Assembly (NCBI RefSeq): GCF_006345805.1
Contig: NC_043000.1
Span: 10,230,001 to 10,294,000, forward strand
Direction: 5' to 3'
DNA from: Octopus sinensis
Lineage: Eukaryota
DNA length: 64,000 nucleotides
The notes under the pieces are model-generated. The model ran no database searches. It was not told the DNA's origin and saw only the letters and a list, made by a program, of their open reading frames with translations. Below are positions 25,003 to 37,236 of the stretch, piece after piece; within the stretch, counting starts at the first letter, position 1; each line of letters starts with the position of its first letter. A program made the translations under genes and the position numbers.

Positions 25003-25380
25003 TGGAAGCACTCCGTCGGTTACGACGACGAGGGTTCCGGTTGATCCGAATCAACGGAACAGCCTGCTCGTGAAATTAACGTGTAAGTGACTGAGCACTC
25101 CACAGACACGTGTACCCTTAACGTAGTTCTCGGGGATATTCAGCGTGACACAGAGAGTGACAAGGCCGGCCCTTTGAAATACAGGTACAACAGAAACAGG
25201 AAGTAAGAGTGAGAGAAGTTGTGGTGAAAGAGTACAGCAGGGATCACCACCATCCCTGACGAGCCTCGTGGAGCTTTTAGGGTTTTCGCTCAATAAACTC
25301 ACAACACCGGTCTGGGAATCGAAACCGCGATCCTATGACCGCGAGTCCGCTGCCCTAACCAACTGGGCCATTGCGCTTCA
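25003..25380 (-). mobile_element. tRNA-derived SINE, head C + tail 1
   Basis: Reverse complement of 40908-41289; flanked by AAAG(G/A)AATATA. Confidence 0.9.
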
Positions 25381-25774
25381 CAAAGAAATATATATTCGAC
25401 GGGCTTCCCCACAATGTCCGTCTACCAGATTCGCTAATATGGCACTATTCACTGAAGAAGCCTCGCACTGGGACTGAACCCAAAACCATGTGATTGCAAT
25501 GCAAGCCTCTTAACTATACCGCAATATGTTAATGAGTTATGAATTGATTGAAAAGTTTGTGTTTATAATACAATATAAAGTTCGTAGCAAAATGAATGGG
25601 ACAAAGTTCATGTCAACTCAGACAGAAATTGACAGAATTCATAGATTTTAAATATTCATAAAAATTAATACGAAACAACAACAAAAACATTCTAGGCAGA
25701 ATTTCAAACGAAAATAGAAAGTGCGTAACCTTATTTGTGTGACTTCTCATAATCTTAAAGAGCGTCTCGCTGTA

Positions 25775-25835
25775 TGCGCGTGTGTGTGTTTTATGTGTAT
25801 GTGTGTGTGTATGTGTATGTGTATGTGTGTGTGTT

Positions 25836-25867
<32 letters not shown>

Positions 25868-25937
25868 TGTGTGTGTGTTGTGTTTTTGTGTATGTATGTG
25901 TGTATGTGTGTGTTTGTGTGTGTGTGTGTGTGTTGTG

Positions 25938-25973
<36 letters not shown>

Positions 25974-25979
25974 TGTGTG

Positions 25980-26025
<46 letters not shown>

Positions 26026-26187
26026 GTTGTGTGTTTGTGTGTGTGTGTGTGTGCCTTTGTGTGGTGTGTGTGTTCTTGGTGTGTATGTGTGTGTGATGTG
26101 TGAGTGTGTGTGTTTGTGTGTGCGTGCGTGTGTGTGTGTTTGCGTGTATGTGTGTGTTTGTGTGTATGTGTGTGTGTATGTGTGTTT

Positions 26188-26237
<50 letters not shown>
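25775..26237. repeat. Long degenerate (TG)n array
   Basis: Direct sequence; the CV-rich ORFs are artefacts. Confidence 0.95.
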
Positions 26238-26238
<1 letters not shown>

Positions 26239-26742
26239 CAGGGCATTGTTTGGTCCGGAGTTATTGCAGAAGACACTTTCACAAGTGCTGCGATGTTAGA
26301 CTGAAGTCAAAACTATGAAACTGTAAAGAGAAGATCGAATAGAACAAGATAAAAACCATAAGACCAAGCTTCTTTCTCTATCCTCTTTAAAGCGATACAA
26401 GATCTCGTATTGACAAAGTAACATCCACTGACGACATTCACTCGACGAAGAGTGAAATCAAAGAGGATTACGATAATATTGTTAGCAAACACAATTTTCT
26501 CATTACTTAGCAACGAAGGCATTAATGCCGTTGAAAATCAAACTGGTTTCCGATCTTTTTAATTATTTAACAGTTGGTGAATAATCCTAAAACCTGTAGT
26601 TATTAATCATCTTGACCCTAAACCAGGCACGAGCTTTTACCTAAGTCAACATTTGTCTTAAAAGATATTTTACGTTTGTATCTTTAAATTTTGTTTTTTC
26701 TGTCTCGAAGACTCGGCATCATTTATTGCTTTGCTAAATGCT

Positions 26743-27171
26743 GACAGAGTAATTGATTGCTAAACTTCTTGAAACAGTAAAATTCTAGATACTTTGCTCT
26801 GGGGCTATACACGGGAGACAAAAGAGTCATATATTGAGTTGTCCGGAAAGTTTGTGCCGATTTATAGTAGCTTACCTTTCGACTTATTTTAGAACATGGT
26901 TGAGTCCATAAAATAGGATTTGACTACACCTCCATTTAGAGCACATTTTAAGCTGTATTTTCGTGGAAGAAGGTTTATGTTCCTATAACCTGTGTTAATT
27001 CTGTAACCCTTTAAAATGGAAGATAAGAAAGTTCATTTTCGGTACTTGATGCTTTGGGGGCCAGACAAAAATTGCTGCAGCTCGGCTGGGATATGTCACC
27101 TCACCATCCATATTCACCAGATACTGCTCCTTCGGATTTCCATTTATTCAGGTCTCTGCAGAATAGTCTTA
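26743..27171 (+). repeat. 429-bp tandem duplication unit (~90 bp host flank + 5' part of a deleted mariner)
   Basis: GACAGAGT..TTGATTGCTAAACTTCTTGAAA starts at 26743 and again at 27172. Confidence 0.88.
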
Positions 27172-27261
27172 GACAGAGTGTTGATTGCTAAACTTCTTGA
27201 AATAGTAAAATTCTAGATACTTTACTCAGGGGCTATACACGGGAGACAAAAGAGTCATATA

Positions 27262-27827
27262 TTGGGTTGTCCGGAAAGTTCATGCCGGTTTATAGTAGCT
27301 TACATTTCGACTTACTTTAGAACATGTTTGAGTCCACGAAATAGGATTTGACTACACCTCCATTTAGAGCACAGTTTAAGCTATCATTTCGTGGGAGAAG
27401 GTTTATGTTCCTATAACCTGTGTTAATTCTGAAACCCTTTAAAATGGAAGATAAGAAAGTTCATTTTCGGCACTTGATGCTTTGGGAACCAGACAAAAAT
27501 TGCTGCAGCTCGGCTGGGATGTGTCACCCCACCCTCCATATTCACCAGATATTGCTCCTTCGGATTTCCATTTATTCAAGTCTCTGCAGAATAGTCTTAA
27601 TGGTAAAAACTTCAATTCCTTGGATGACGTAAAAAGATACCTTGATGAATTCTTTGCCATGAAACTACCTCTATTCTGGGAAGAGGGTATTTTCAATTTA
27701 ATGGAAAGATGGAGACGCATTGTGCAACAAAATGGTTCATATTTGGTTGATTAAAATTATAATAGCAAGTATTTATTGACCTTTTTCTTTCCTTTAAAAA
27801 TCGGCATGAACTTTCTGGACAACCCAG
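27262..27827 (+). mobile_element. Internally deleted mariner (second family)
   Basis: TIRs TTGGGTTGTCCGGAAAGTTCATGCCG / CGGCATGAACTTTCTGGACAACCCAG with TA flanks; MEDKKVHFRHLML fused to RQKLLQLGWDV.PHPPYSPDIAPSDFHLF..ERWRRIVQQNG. Confidence 0.92.
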
Positions 27828-28199
27828 TATTTAAGTTAATCAAGAGAAGACATCGTTCTTAAATTGATGTAGCTATTACAATTTATACGTGACTTCAAAA
27901 TAAAAAAAAATGACTCCAATTTCATTAAAAAGACAGAATAAAAAAGCTCTGAGAACTAAATAACCAAGATTAGAGCAGATGAAATTTGGTGTAAATTAAG
28001 TAGGATAAAATCTTTTTAGCTCAGATATCGAAAAGAAATACATTGATCATCGTTATACACCGGTAATTTAATCGAGAAACATGACAAATTGATAGATGAG
28101 TTATTATGTTGTCACGAAAATATCTTGGTATTTCAGATGTGTTAAATTGCGCTACACGCGCGCGCACGCGGACAAAAAAACAAACGTGTTTGTGAATAT

Positions 28200-29096
28200 G
28201 TTTGTAGGTATTGTATGTGTGTCTATGCATTTATGAACGTATACATACGTCTGTATATGCATGTATGTGCGTGTGTGTTTGTGTGTATGTGTGTGTGTGT
28301 GCGTGTGTATGCATGTGTATATATATATATATGTGTATACAGACACACGCACACATATATATATATATAAATATATACATACGCATATATGTATGTATGT
28401 ATATATACATTCGCATATGTATATATATATATATATATAGATGCATATATACATACGCATATATGTATTTATGCGTATATACATACATCATACATATGCA
28501 CATATATATATATATATCCGCACACGTGCACACAAACACACACATATGCTCACACACACATACACGCACTCACACAAATATACAATTGGTCGAGCACACA
28601 TCTATTTTCATGGCTGTCTTTATTTTTGTGTATGCTGTGCATGTACACGTGCATACATCTATGAAAGTGTATTGCGATCACGTACTTCGTAGGTATGAAA
28701 CTTAACAAGAAAAAGACATATGTTATCAAAGATATTTTTTCCAGAAATGATTTATCGATGTTAAAAGAAATCTATTATATAAACGTTATATTATATATAT
28801 ATATATATATATAATATATATATATATATTATATATATATAATATATATGTATATATATATATGATGTTTAGTTTTTTTTTTTTTCGTTGTTCGAAAAAA
28901 AAGTTCTTTTCTATATTTTTGTTTTTATGTTTTCGTTTCTCATTGTGTTCAACGATTTTTGATGTCCTGTACCCATATAGGCATGCATATATACATATAT
29001 ACGTAGCTATACACGTATATGTATGTATATATGCATATATTTTATATTATTTATATTATTATATGATCGAACGCCACACATTCTTTTCCAAATAAG

Positions 29097-29182
<86 letters not shown>

Positions 29183-29186
29183 AAAT

Positions 29187-29237
<51 letters not shown>

Positions 29238-29245
29238 TATATACT
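28200..29245. repeat. Compound (TA)n/(TG)n/(CA)n microsatellite field
   Basis: Direct sequence. Confidence 0.9.
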
Positions 29246-29527
29246 TAATATCTCAATAACTTGATATAAAATCAGGTCACGATTATTTTATGCGCAACAC
29301 AAACGATGGGCCGAACCTACAAGAATTAAGACTATGATCTGAGTAGGAAGACACAAAAGATATAAAAACAGCTTCATATTTTCAATTCTTCTGTTTCGAA
29401 AGTCTTGTAGACGTATTAATTTCTGGCAAAATCTTAATACAGTTCTATATTTAAGAGATGAGGAACTATGTGCTTTATTTACATTATTTACATTCGACGG
29501 ATATTTGTCCTCATCTTGTTTGTTGTT

Positions 29528-29573
29528 AACACAGCCTTTCGGCTGATATACCCTCCAGCCTTCTTCAGGTGTC
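29528..29573 (-). ncRNA. Minimal hammerhead ribozyme motif (helix III mutated)
   Basis: GACAC CTGAAGA A GGCTG gagggtatat CAGCC GAAA GGCT GTGTT. Confidence 0.72.
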
Positions 29574-29630
29574 TTGGGGAAATTTCGAACCTGGGTTCTC
29601 TTCCTAAGGTATATTTTTTCGATGTAATTA

Positions 29631-29677
<47 letters not shown>

Positions 29678-29957
29678 TTATTATTATTATTATTGTTGTT
29701 GTTGTTGTTGTTGTTTTTGTTGTTGTTGTTGTTGTTAATGTTGTTCAGGTTACAGCTTGGTTCGAACTCGGAATCTTGGGGTTAGAAGCCCGTGCTCTTA
29801 ACCCCAAGATTCCGAGTTCGTTTCCAAGCAGTGACCTGAACAACAACAACAACAACAACAGCAACAACAACAACAACAACAACAATAATAATAACAACAA
29901 TAATAACATCGAAAAATATACCTTAAGAATGAGGACCCAGGTTTGAAATTTCCCCAA

Positions 29958-30003
29958 GACACCTGAAGAAAGCTAGAGGGTATATCAGCCGAAACGTTAA
30001 GTT
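29958..30003 (+). ncRNA. Minimal hammerhead ribozyme motif (helices I and II mutated)
   Basis: GACAC CTGAAGA A AGCTA gagggtatat CAGCC GAAAC GTT AAGTT. Confidence 0.68.
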
Positions 30004-30407
30004 AACAACAAACAAGATGAGGACAAATATCCGTTGAATGTAAGTAATGTAAATAATGTAAATAATGCAAAATCTAAATAATTCTCCTGTAAATGGAACA
30101 TGAAAATTACAAAATGCTTTCTGTTGTCCAGTTTAAAAACACCACCTGATCTTTGCTTCCCTGTTTTTTTTTCTCTTCTCTTTACTAAAGGGACAAGCGC
30201 CAGAAATTTTCGTATGGAAGTGGATAATCGATTATATCAGTTTCAGTACTGAACTGGTACTTATTTTGTCGACCCCGAATGATAAAAGCAAAAGTGACCG
30301 CGCCGTGATTTGAGCTCAGAAAAATTGTGCAGAGCTTTTTCATCCAGTGCGATAACAATTCTTATTTCTTTATTACAAATAATACCAGTGATTTGAAAAT
30401 CTAAAGT

Positions 30408-30465
<58 letters not shown>

Positions 30466-30652
30466 GAAATAATAAATAATAATAGTATAATAATAATAGC
30501 CCCAGCATAGACACACAAAACAGTAGTGAATGGATGTAAATTGATTGTGAGATAGATATTTTTATACATTAATTTACGTATGTATATATATATGTTAGAT
30601 TTTCAAATTAAATATATATAATTCTATATATATATATATATATATCTATATA

Positions 30653-30695
<43 letters not shown>

Positions 30696-32186
30696 GTATA
30701 TGTATGTATGTATATCTATACATTAAATTTTCAAATTGCTGATATTATTTGCTGATCGTGACAACGCACAGACCTCACAGAGTTGAGTCCCCGTTCTTCC
30801 CAAATTACCGGCCTTGTGCCAAAATTTGAAACTAATATTTTAAATATTGAATTGATGCAGGCATAGCTATGAATTTATGAAGTACGCTTCGCAATTACGA
30901 GGTTTTTGTGATCGATTCCCCCACTAGGCACCATAGTATTTTACCATACTTTCGGATATATTAAAGTTTTCAGAATTAAATTGAGCATAAATTTCTGCTC
31001 TTGAGCGGTAGGCTTGGAAGGATACCAAATTTAATGCCATCATTTGGTACCTGGGTTCCTTTACGAATTCTACTTTGCTGTAAGGATTCAGGATAGCCAC
31101 CTTTGTCTTAGGTTAACTTCCTTTTCTCCTACCACCAGTGTCAGTGTCAGACGTCCGGAAAAGAAACATGGCTATTTTTCCTCCTCGTCTAAGTCATTAA
31201 AATGTTTATGCATCCATTTATAAATAAATATAGCTTATGAAGAAGATCATTATGTTGGGTTTCACCTGAAAAACATCAGGTCACACGTATAGTAGTTTTT
31301 TGAAATAAAGATTTGGCTATTCTGAATATTTCGATGTTAGGTGGACCATACAAACTATGGCTCTGTGTTCATATAGATTCTATTTTAGTTTCACAGAACT
31401 TAAATGTTAACGGTACCCCAGGTTCGAAAATAAAGTTTTCTTTGTCTAAAAATGACTGAAGTATTAAATGGCGTCACAAAACTTACACAGTTGGCCATTT
31501 GATGAACGGACAACTGTTAGCCATTGTTGTACATGCACAGTTACTGAATGATATAGCGTTCTGGGCCAGGGTGCATGTATTTATATATACTGATACATGG
31601 GCACTCAGAAATATATATACACAACAGTATAGTTGTATGCAAATTCACAAAGATATAACAAACACACACATGATGGGAATGTATATTTTGTTACGCTTAT
31701 TAGTGAGTGAATTATTTTTCATACCTGAATCACGTTCTTGAGTTGCCCTTCATTCTAGTAAAGGGGAAAGTATTTGTGGATTCATAGTTTGAGAAGACTA
31801 CATACAATCATATTGGTTGTGTTTCTTCATAGATATTCTTATTAGACTAGGCAACGCTTAGACATTGGGGACATCTTTTATGAGATTCTGTGGCACACAC
31901 ACACACACACACACACGAAGTGCGAGTGGTATTTCTGAACATTTAATTATCGTATATAACTCCCTTCAAACTAATTAAAAGCTGTTTTCATATTTTTTTG
32001 TTTCAAACATTCCATGTCAGATGTTAACAAAAGAAACAAAGAGATATGCAGTCATTGTTGCCACATGTGTGGAACACATCGATTTAGACATTGCCAATTT
32101 TCTAAATATTGTCAGATTTTTTTTTTTTTGCACACTAAGATCGGATGGAATTGAAAGCATTTTGGCGGCAATATTTCAACTGTCTT

Positions 32187-32433
32187 AGGCGGCGAGCTGG
32201 CAGAAAGGTTAGCACGCAGGGCGAAGTGCTTAGATGTATTTCGTCTCCGCTACGTTTTGAGTTCAAATTCTGCCGAGGTCGACTTTGCCTTTTATCCTTT
32301 CGGGGTCGATAAATTAAGTACCAGTTACGCACTGGGGGCGATGTAATCGACTTAATCTCTTTGTCTGTCCTTGTTTGTCCTCTCTGTGTTTAGAAATAAG
32401 AAACGTTAGCACGCCGGGTGAAATGCTTAGTGG
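32187..32433 (+). mobile_element. Family-B SINE with partial head restart
   Basis: Unit followed by AAATAAGAAACGTTAGCACGCCGGGTGAAATGCTTAG. Confidence 0.85.
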
Positions 32434-32683
32434 GCTTTCAGAACTGTAATTATATCGAGGATATTCGATGCAAGTCGGCAATTCATGTCGGCAAAGACAC
32501 GAATACATTCAATCCATGAAAAGCGGACACTTAAAAAGTCTAAAACACCTCACGATCACGGCAAGCATTAGTTATATATATATATATATATATGAGGTTG
32601 AAAAGGAACACACACACACACGAGTTGATATATTTATGGAAAAAAGTAAAGGTAGAAAATACAAAAATAATTTTATAAAAGCA

Positions 32684-32725
32684 TTTTAGTACCGGTTTCG
32701 GTCATTGAGACTTTTTAAACTGTAA
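32684..32725 (-). ncRNA. Decayed minimal hammerhead motif
   Basis: TTACAG TTTAAAA AGTC tcaat GACC GAAA CCGGTA CTAAAA; catalytic core degenerate. Confidence 0.5.
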
Positions 32726-33346
32726 GTATGGAAAACAATTAAATTTTGAAAAAATTAAATGAAAAGTATTTAAAAAGAATATTTGCATAGTATTCAAATA
32801 CAAGGGGCATTTTCCTTGTTTCTGCCTGTTTCTGTATTTGTCTCTCTTCTTTACTCTTGTGGCTTCGAGGTCGTTGTGAATTCTTGGCAGAGAAGAAGAA
32901 GAAGAAGAGAAGAAGAAGAAGAGAAGAAGAAGAAGAAGAAGAAGAAGAAGAAGAAGAAGAAGAAAATAATGCGGGAATGCTATGACAGTAGTAGGATGTT
33001 AAATGGTCAGGTGCCCTGAAAGTGACTTGTGGATGGAAGTAGTAACTGAATTCTTGAGATATCGCTTTTGAATGCATTGTTTATAATATTTGCGTAGGTG
33101 TTATTCTAAATAGCAGTAGTAGTAAAGTAAGGAAGGAGGTGGAGAGGAAGAAGACGAAGAAGGAGACAGAGAAGAAGAGAAAGAATAATAAGGGAATGCA
33201 GGATGGTTGGATAGTAGGAGGATGTTAAATGGTCAAGTGACCTAAAAGTGATTCGTTATGGATTATAGCAGTGATTGGGGCTGTTTTTAATGAATTCTTG
33301 GGTGTCTTTTTTGAATGTATCATTTTTAATATTTGCGTGGGTGTTA

Positions 33347-33700
33347 TTATAAGGCTGTGGTGGATATGTCATTTGTTGTAGATGCGTTCAAAAGGGATCT
33401 GTATTTTGTAATAAAGAGAGACTCTTTATTAATTCGTTGGCTACAGGGTGTATCGTCCCTGAATTGATGGAGGGGAAACATTCTGAAGCTTGGATTTTTA
33501 TTGGCGCAAATGTCGATGTGTTGGCTGAATGCTATTTTTCTTTTTCTTAAAATTTTGATCTGAGATCTGTGCAGAGCCATCCTTTGACGTAGACTGTTTT
33601 TTGTTTGAGATATGTATTGCTCTTGACATCCAGGGCAGGTTTAGTGCGTATATCAGGTTCTCCGAAGCACATATGAAGCTTCTTTTCTCTGTGAAACGTT
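33347..33700 (-). pseudogene. GIY-YIG endonuclease remnant of a Penelope-like element
   Basis: FICASENLIYAL / CPGCQEQYISQTKNSLRQRMALHRSQIK..FSQHIDIC..QRINKESLFITKYRSLLN with a frameshift. Confidence 0.85.
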
Positions 33701-33810
33701 GTCTATGTTTGAATGAGAACTCTGATCCCTCAACGTTTCACAGTGAAAAGCAGCTGCACATGTGCTTCGGAGAACCCGATATATGCACTAACCTGCTCTG
33801 GGTGTCATAC

Positions 33811-33852
33811 TTACAGTTGAAAAAGTCTCAATCACCGAAACCGGTACTGAAA
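33811..33852 (+). ncRNA. Decayed minimal hammerhead motif
   Basis: TTACAG TTGAAAA AGTC tcaat CACC GAAA CCGGTA CTGAAA. Confidence 0.52.
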
Positions 33853-33900
33853 TGTTTTTTATAAAATTATTTTAACCTTTTCTACCTTGACTTTTTTCCA

Positions 33901-33935
<35 letters not shown>

Positions 33936-34345
33936 TTGTATGTGTAAATATAGATAGACTACTAAAGACAATGTTGATTGATCAAAGGATATTTCATATC
34001 GGTGGTCAATGCTTGGGTTTTCACTTTTGATGATAACAAAAACAATAACACTAAAACGTATTTCTAAGGCTGTATACAATACATCATTTAATGTAGAGTG
34101 CATTGCATTATTTAAAGTATATTTAAATAAATCAAGAATGAAAACAAATAGAACAACACAATGAATTTTAAAGTCTGAAAAATAATACAAGAAAAATAAC
34201 CAGAATAACTGGTATTTCTGTAACCATCTCCCCACACATATACACTCACACATACATACCCTCCTTATATATATGTATATATGAATATAGATAGATATAT
34301 GTAAATCTATATCTTGTGAATATGTGTGAGCGTGTGTACGTATGC

Positions 34346-34408
<63 letters not shown>

Positions 34409-34409
34409 T

Positions 34410-34459
<50 letters not shown>

Positions 34460-34965
34460 TTATATTTATATCATATATATATTATATATATATACGCACA
34501 CACACGTTCTTCTCTGTCTATTATAAAATAATGAATACAAGTGTGTCTCTGGTTAATAAATACAGCTTTTCATTGTACAGACAGTAGAAAAATGTTGGGT
34601 TAAGTTCAGAGCAAAAATAAAGCTAATAATAATAAACATGTTTCGCTTATGTATGGAAGAGATCACAGATTAGGTTATTGCACAAATTCTAGTGTATCTT
34701 GCAGACAATTTGATGTAGGTTATGAACAGGTTATACACACAGACTTCTTGATAACACTTCAACAAGTATCTTTTTTCATTGGAAATCAAAGGTCAGTTCA
34801 AGCTAAATACATACCATATGAATGCAGCTTTTTATTTAAGAATTGCCATAGCTAAAATGTGTAGTCTATTTCTTATATTACTGAATCCGAAATGGGGGGA
34901 CAGCGTCCATTAATAAGATAAGAAAGCGCTTTTCAAATTCTCTATCCTGGGTAATAGAGGAATAT

Positions 34966-35213
34966 TTTTTGCGCCCTTTTTAAAGCCTAGCCAGGTTTAT
35001 AGACCCGGTTTCCCGGTTTCTATGGCGTATGTGTTCCCCAGCTGGACGGGACGGCAGTCCATCGCGGCGTTACTCATTTTTGCCGGTTGAGTGGACTGGA
35101 GCAACGTGAAATGAAGTGTTTTGCTCAAGAACACAACGCGTCGCTCGGTCCAGGAATCGAAACCACAATCTTACGATCATGACACCCTAACCACTAAGCC
35201 ACGCGCCTCCACT
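34966..35213 (-). mobile_element. tRNA-derived SINE, head E + tail 2 (V-domain-like)
   Basis: TSD ATAGAGGAATAT at 34954-34965 and 35214-35225; GCGATGGACTGCCGTCCCGTCCAG..AGAAACCGGGAAACCGG. Confidence 0.88.
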
Positions 35214-35584
35214 ATAGAGGAATATACGTAGTATTAATTCATTTTGAATTCTTGTAGTCATATCAGAAGTTGAAACGTGTGTAGTAAGTGAATTCCGGAG
35301 AGATGCATATCGGAGACAAAGGGTTTCGTATGGCATCTGGCGTCGCTGGAAAATTGGGTGATTTTCTTTTCTTAGTTTTAAGGTGAACTAATCTACAACT
35401 AGAGTAGGGAACTGAATTCTATTTACGGTCGTAGGTCACACAAATGAAGGATTCTAATTTCAGGTGGGCAAACGTTAAAGAAAGCGAGTTAGGCGTCACA
35501 ACAGTGTATTAGAATTCGGATGATTCCACGATAAAAGATATATGAATATATTTTAAGGACAGTATTGCTTTTCTTTAATGAATT

Positions 35585-35900
35585 TTTTTCTACTTTCAAA
35601 ATTGGGTTTATTTACATAAAGGTTGAATCACAATTTAATTACAAGGAACCTAAGAAAAAGAAAAAAAAAGGGGTGATTTAGCAGCAGAAGATGGTTGGGG
35701 AGTAAAGTACACCCCAAAACAAATAGCATGTTCAGCGGCGCCATACGGACATAACCGCAATGGCGTTGCTGCGGCGGAATGGCCAGCGACACTCGCTGCA
35801 ACAGCCACCCCACCTCGCGGAGCTCATTTTTCAGTTATCCTGATTTTGCGGAGGAAATTAGCAGTTCAGTCTTTTTATTACTCGTGGATGATAAACCACA
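35585..35900 (-). pseudogene. 3' end of a CRE-clade-like non-LTR retrotransposon
   Basis: Minus strand REVGWLLQRVSLAI-(1-nt shift)-RSNAIAVMS resembles the QRLSLAIQRGNA C-terminal motif; followed by AATAAA and an A-run. Confidence 0.65.
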
Positions 35901-36464
35901 ATTGAAATACCAATGGAGTTTGACAAATATTATACATTTTTTAAATCTCAGCGCTCTAGTTCGAATCCCGTCGAGATGAGTGTTGTTTTCCATCCTTTTG
36001 GGGAAAATACAAAGTACCAATCCAGAATAGTAGTTTGGCAGGACTGTAGGAACGTCGAATTGGATGGGTTGCAATATTCATTATGACTTTTCGTTCTCGA
36101 TTTCAATCTTGTTGTGGCCTATTTGACTGGCAAACTTAATCAAGAACTGGTGTAACATCTCCATCTGACACTTTGAGACCCTTTAGCGGAATCCACTCAG
36201 TTGCGAACATTCGAGTCATTTCTCCGATTTTGAGAATACTTTCCTCTTTCCCTCCACCAGTCTCAGAGGCCCTGTAAAGGGTTATGGAAACCGCCACCTC
36301 GTCTGACTAAACGATAAGAATATATTGCCACACATTTTGAAAGAGAGCTGAGTGGAATCAACCTACGTCCTTCCCCGCACCCCCAAGACTTAATTATATT
36401 TATCTCATTATCTCCAAAACGATGAAAGGCGAAGTCAGTCACAACAGAAATTAATTTCAAAATT

Positions 36465-36880
36465 AAGGCGGCGAGCTGGCAGAATCGTTAGCACGCCGGG
36501 CGAAATGCCAAACGGTATTTCGTCTGTCTCTACGTTCTGAGTTCAAATTCCGCCGAGGTCGACTTTGCCTTTCATCCTTTCGGGGTCGATTAAATAAGTA
36601 CCAGTTACGCACTGGGGTCGATGTAATCGACTTAATCCGTTTGTCTGTCCTTGCTTGTCCTCTCTGTGTTTAGCCCCTTGTGGATAGTAAAGAAATAGGT
36701 ATTTCGTCTGCCGTTACGTTCTGAGTTCAAATTCCGCCGAGGTCGACTTTGCCTTTCATCCTTTGGGGTCGATTGAATAAGTACCAGTTACGCACTGGGG
36801 TCGATTTAATCGACTTAATCCGTTTGTCTGTCCTTGTTTGTCCCCTCTATGTTTGGCCCCATGTGGGCAATAAAGAAAGA
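36465..36880 (+). mobile_element. Family-B SINE, full copy plus tandem partial copy
   Basis: Restart at GGTATTTCGTCTGCCG after GTAAAGAAATA; one TSD AGAAATTAATT(T/C)CAAAAT (36446-36463, 36881-36898) around the whole. Confidence 0.9.
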
Positions 36881-37236
36881 AGAAATTAATTCCAAAATGG
36901 ATCAGAACATGGAACGACGTAACTAAGCACCTTATGACATTTACCAGCACTCAACAGATTTTTCAATTTTCTACTTTTCACTGGATGCGAATATAAAACA
37001 CGACATAACGTCTTACACTGTTTAGACTGTTCCATACAAAATAGCCAATAAATATATATGGCTTTAAGTGCATAGGCGATAAATCACTTCATAGATTATA
37101 CTCGAGTTACCCCAAATAAACATTTCAGATGATTGAATATTTTATTCTCGACATCTATGTTAACTGAAGCTTACAAAAATCAAAAGGTCAGCTCATGTAC
37201 TCAGCGAAATGCTAACTAGTGAGGGAACCTCTACGT

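Larger units (their letters stand above)
29468..30070. mobile_element. Head-to-head inverted pair of a tRNA-headed, hammerhead-bearing short retroposon
   Basis: Arms 29468-29789 and 29794-30070 are reverse complements around a 4-nt loop. Each arm has a tRNA-like head remnant, (AAC/AAT)n, a ~75-bp unique segment, a hammerhead motif and a (TGTAAATAA)n tail. Confidence 0.85.
32620..33900 (-). mobile_element. 5'-truncated Penelope-like element with inverted terminal (pLTR-type) repeats
   Basis: 32620-32730 and 33805-33900 are inverted copies, each with a hammerhead remnant; GIY-YIG remnant between them; local inversion 33624-33701 / 33731-33806. Confidence 0.8.
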
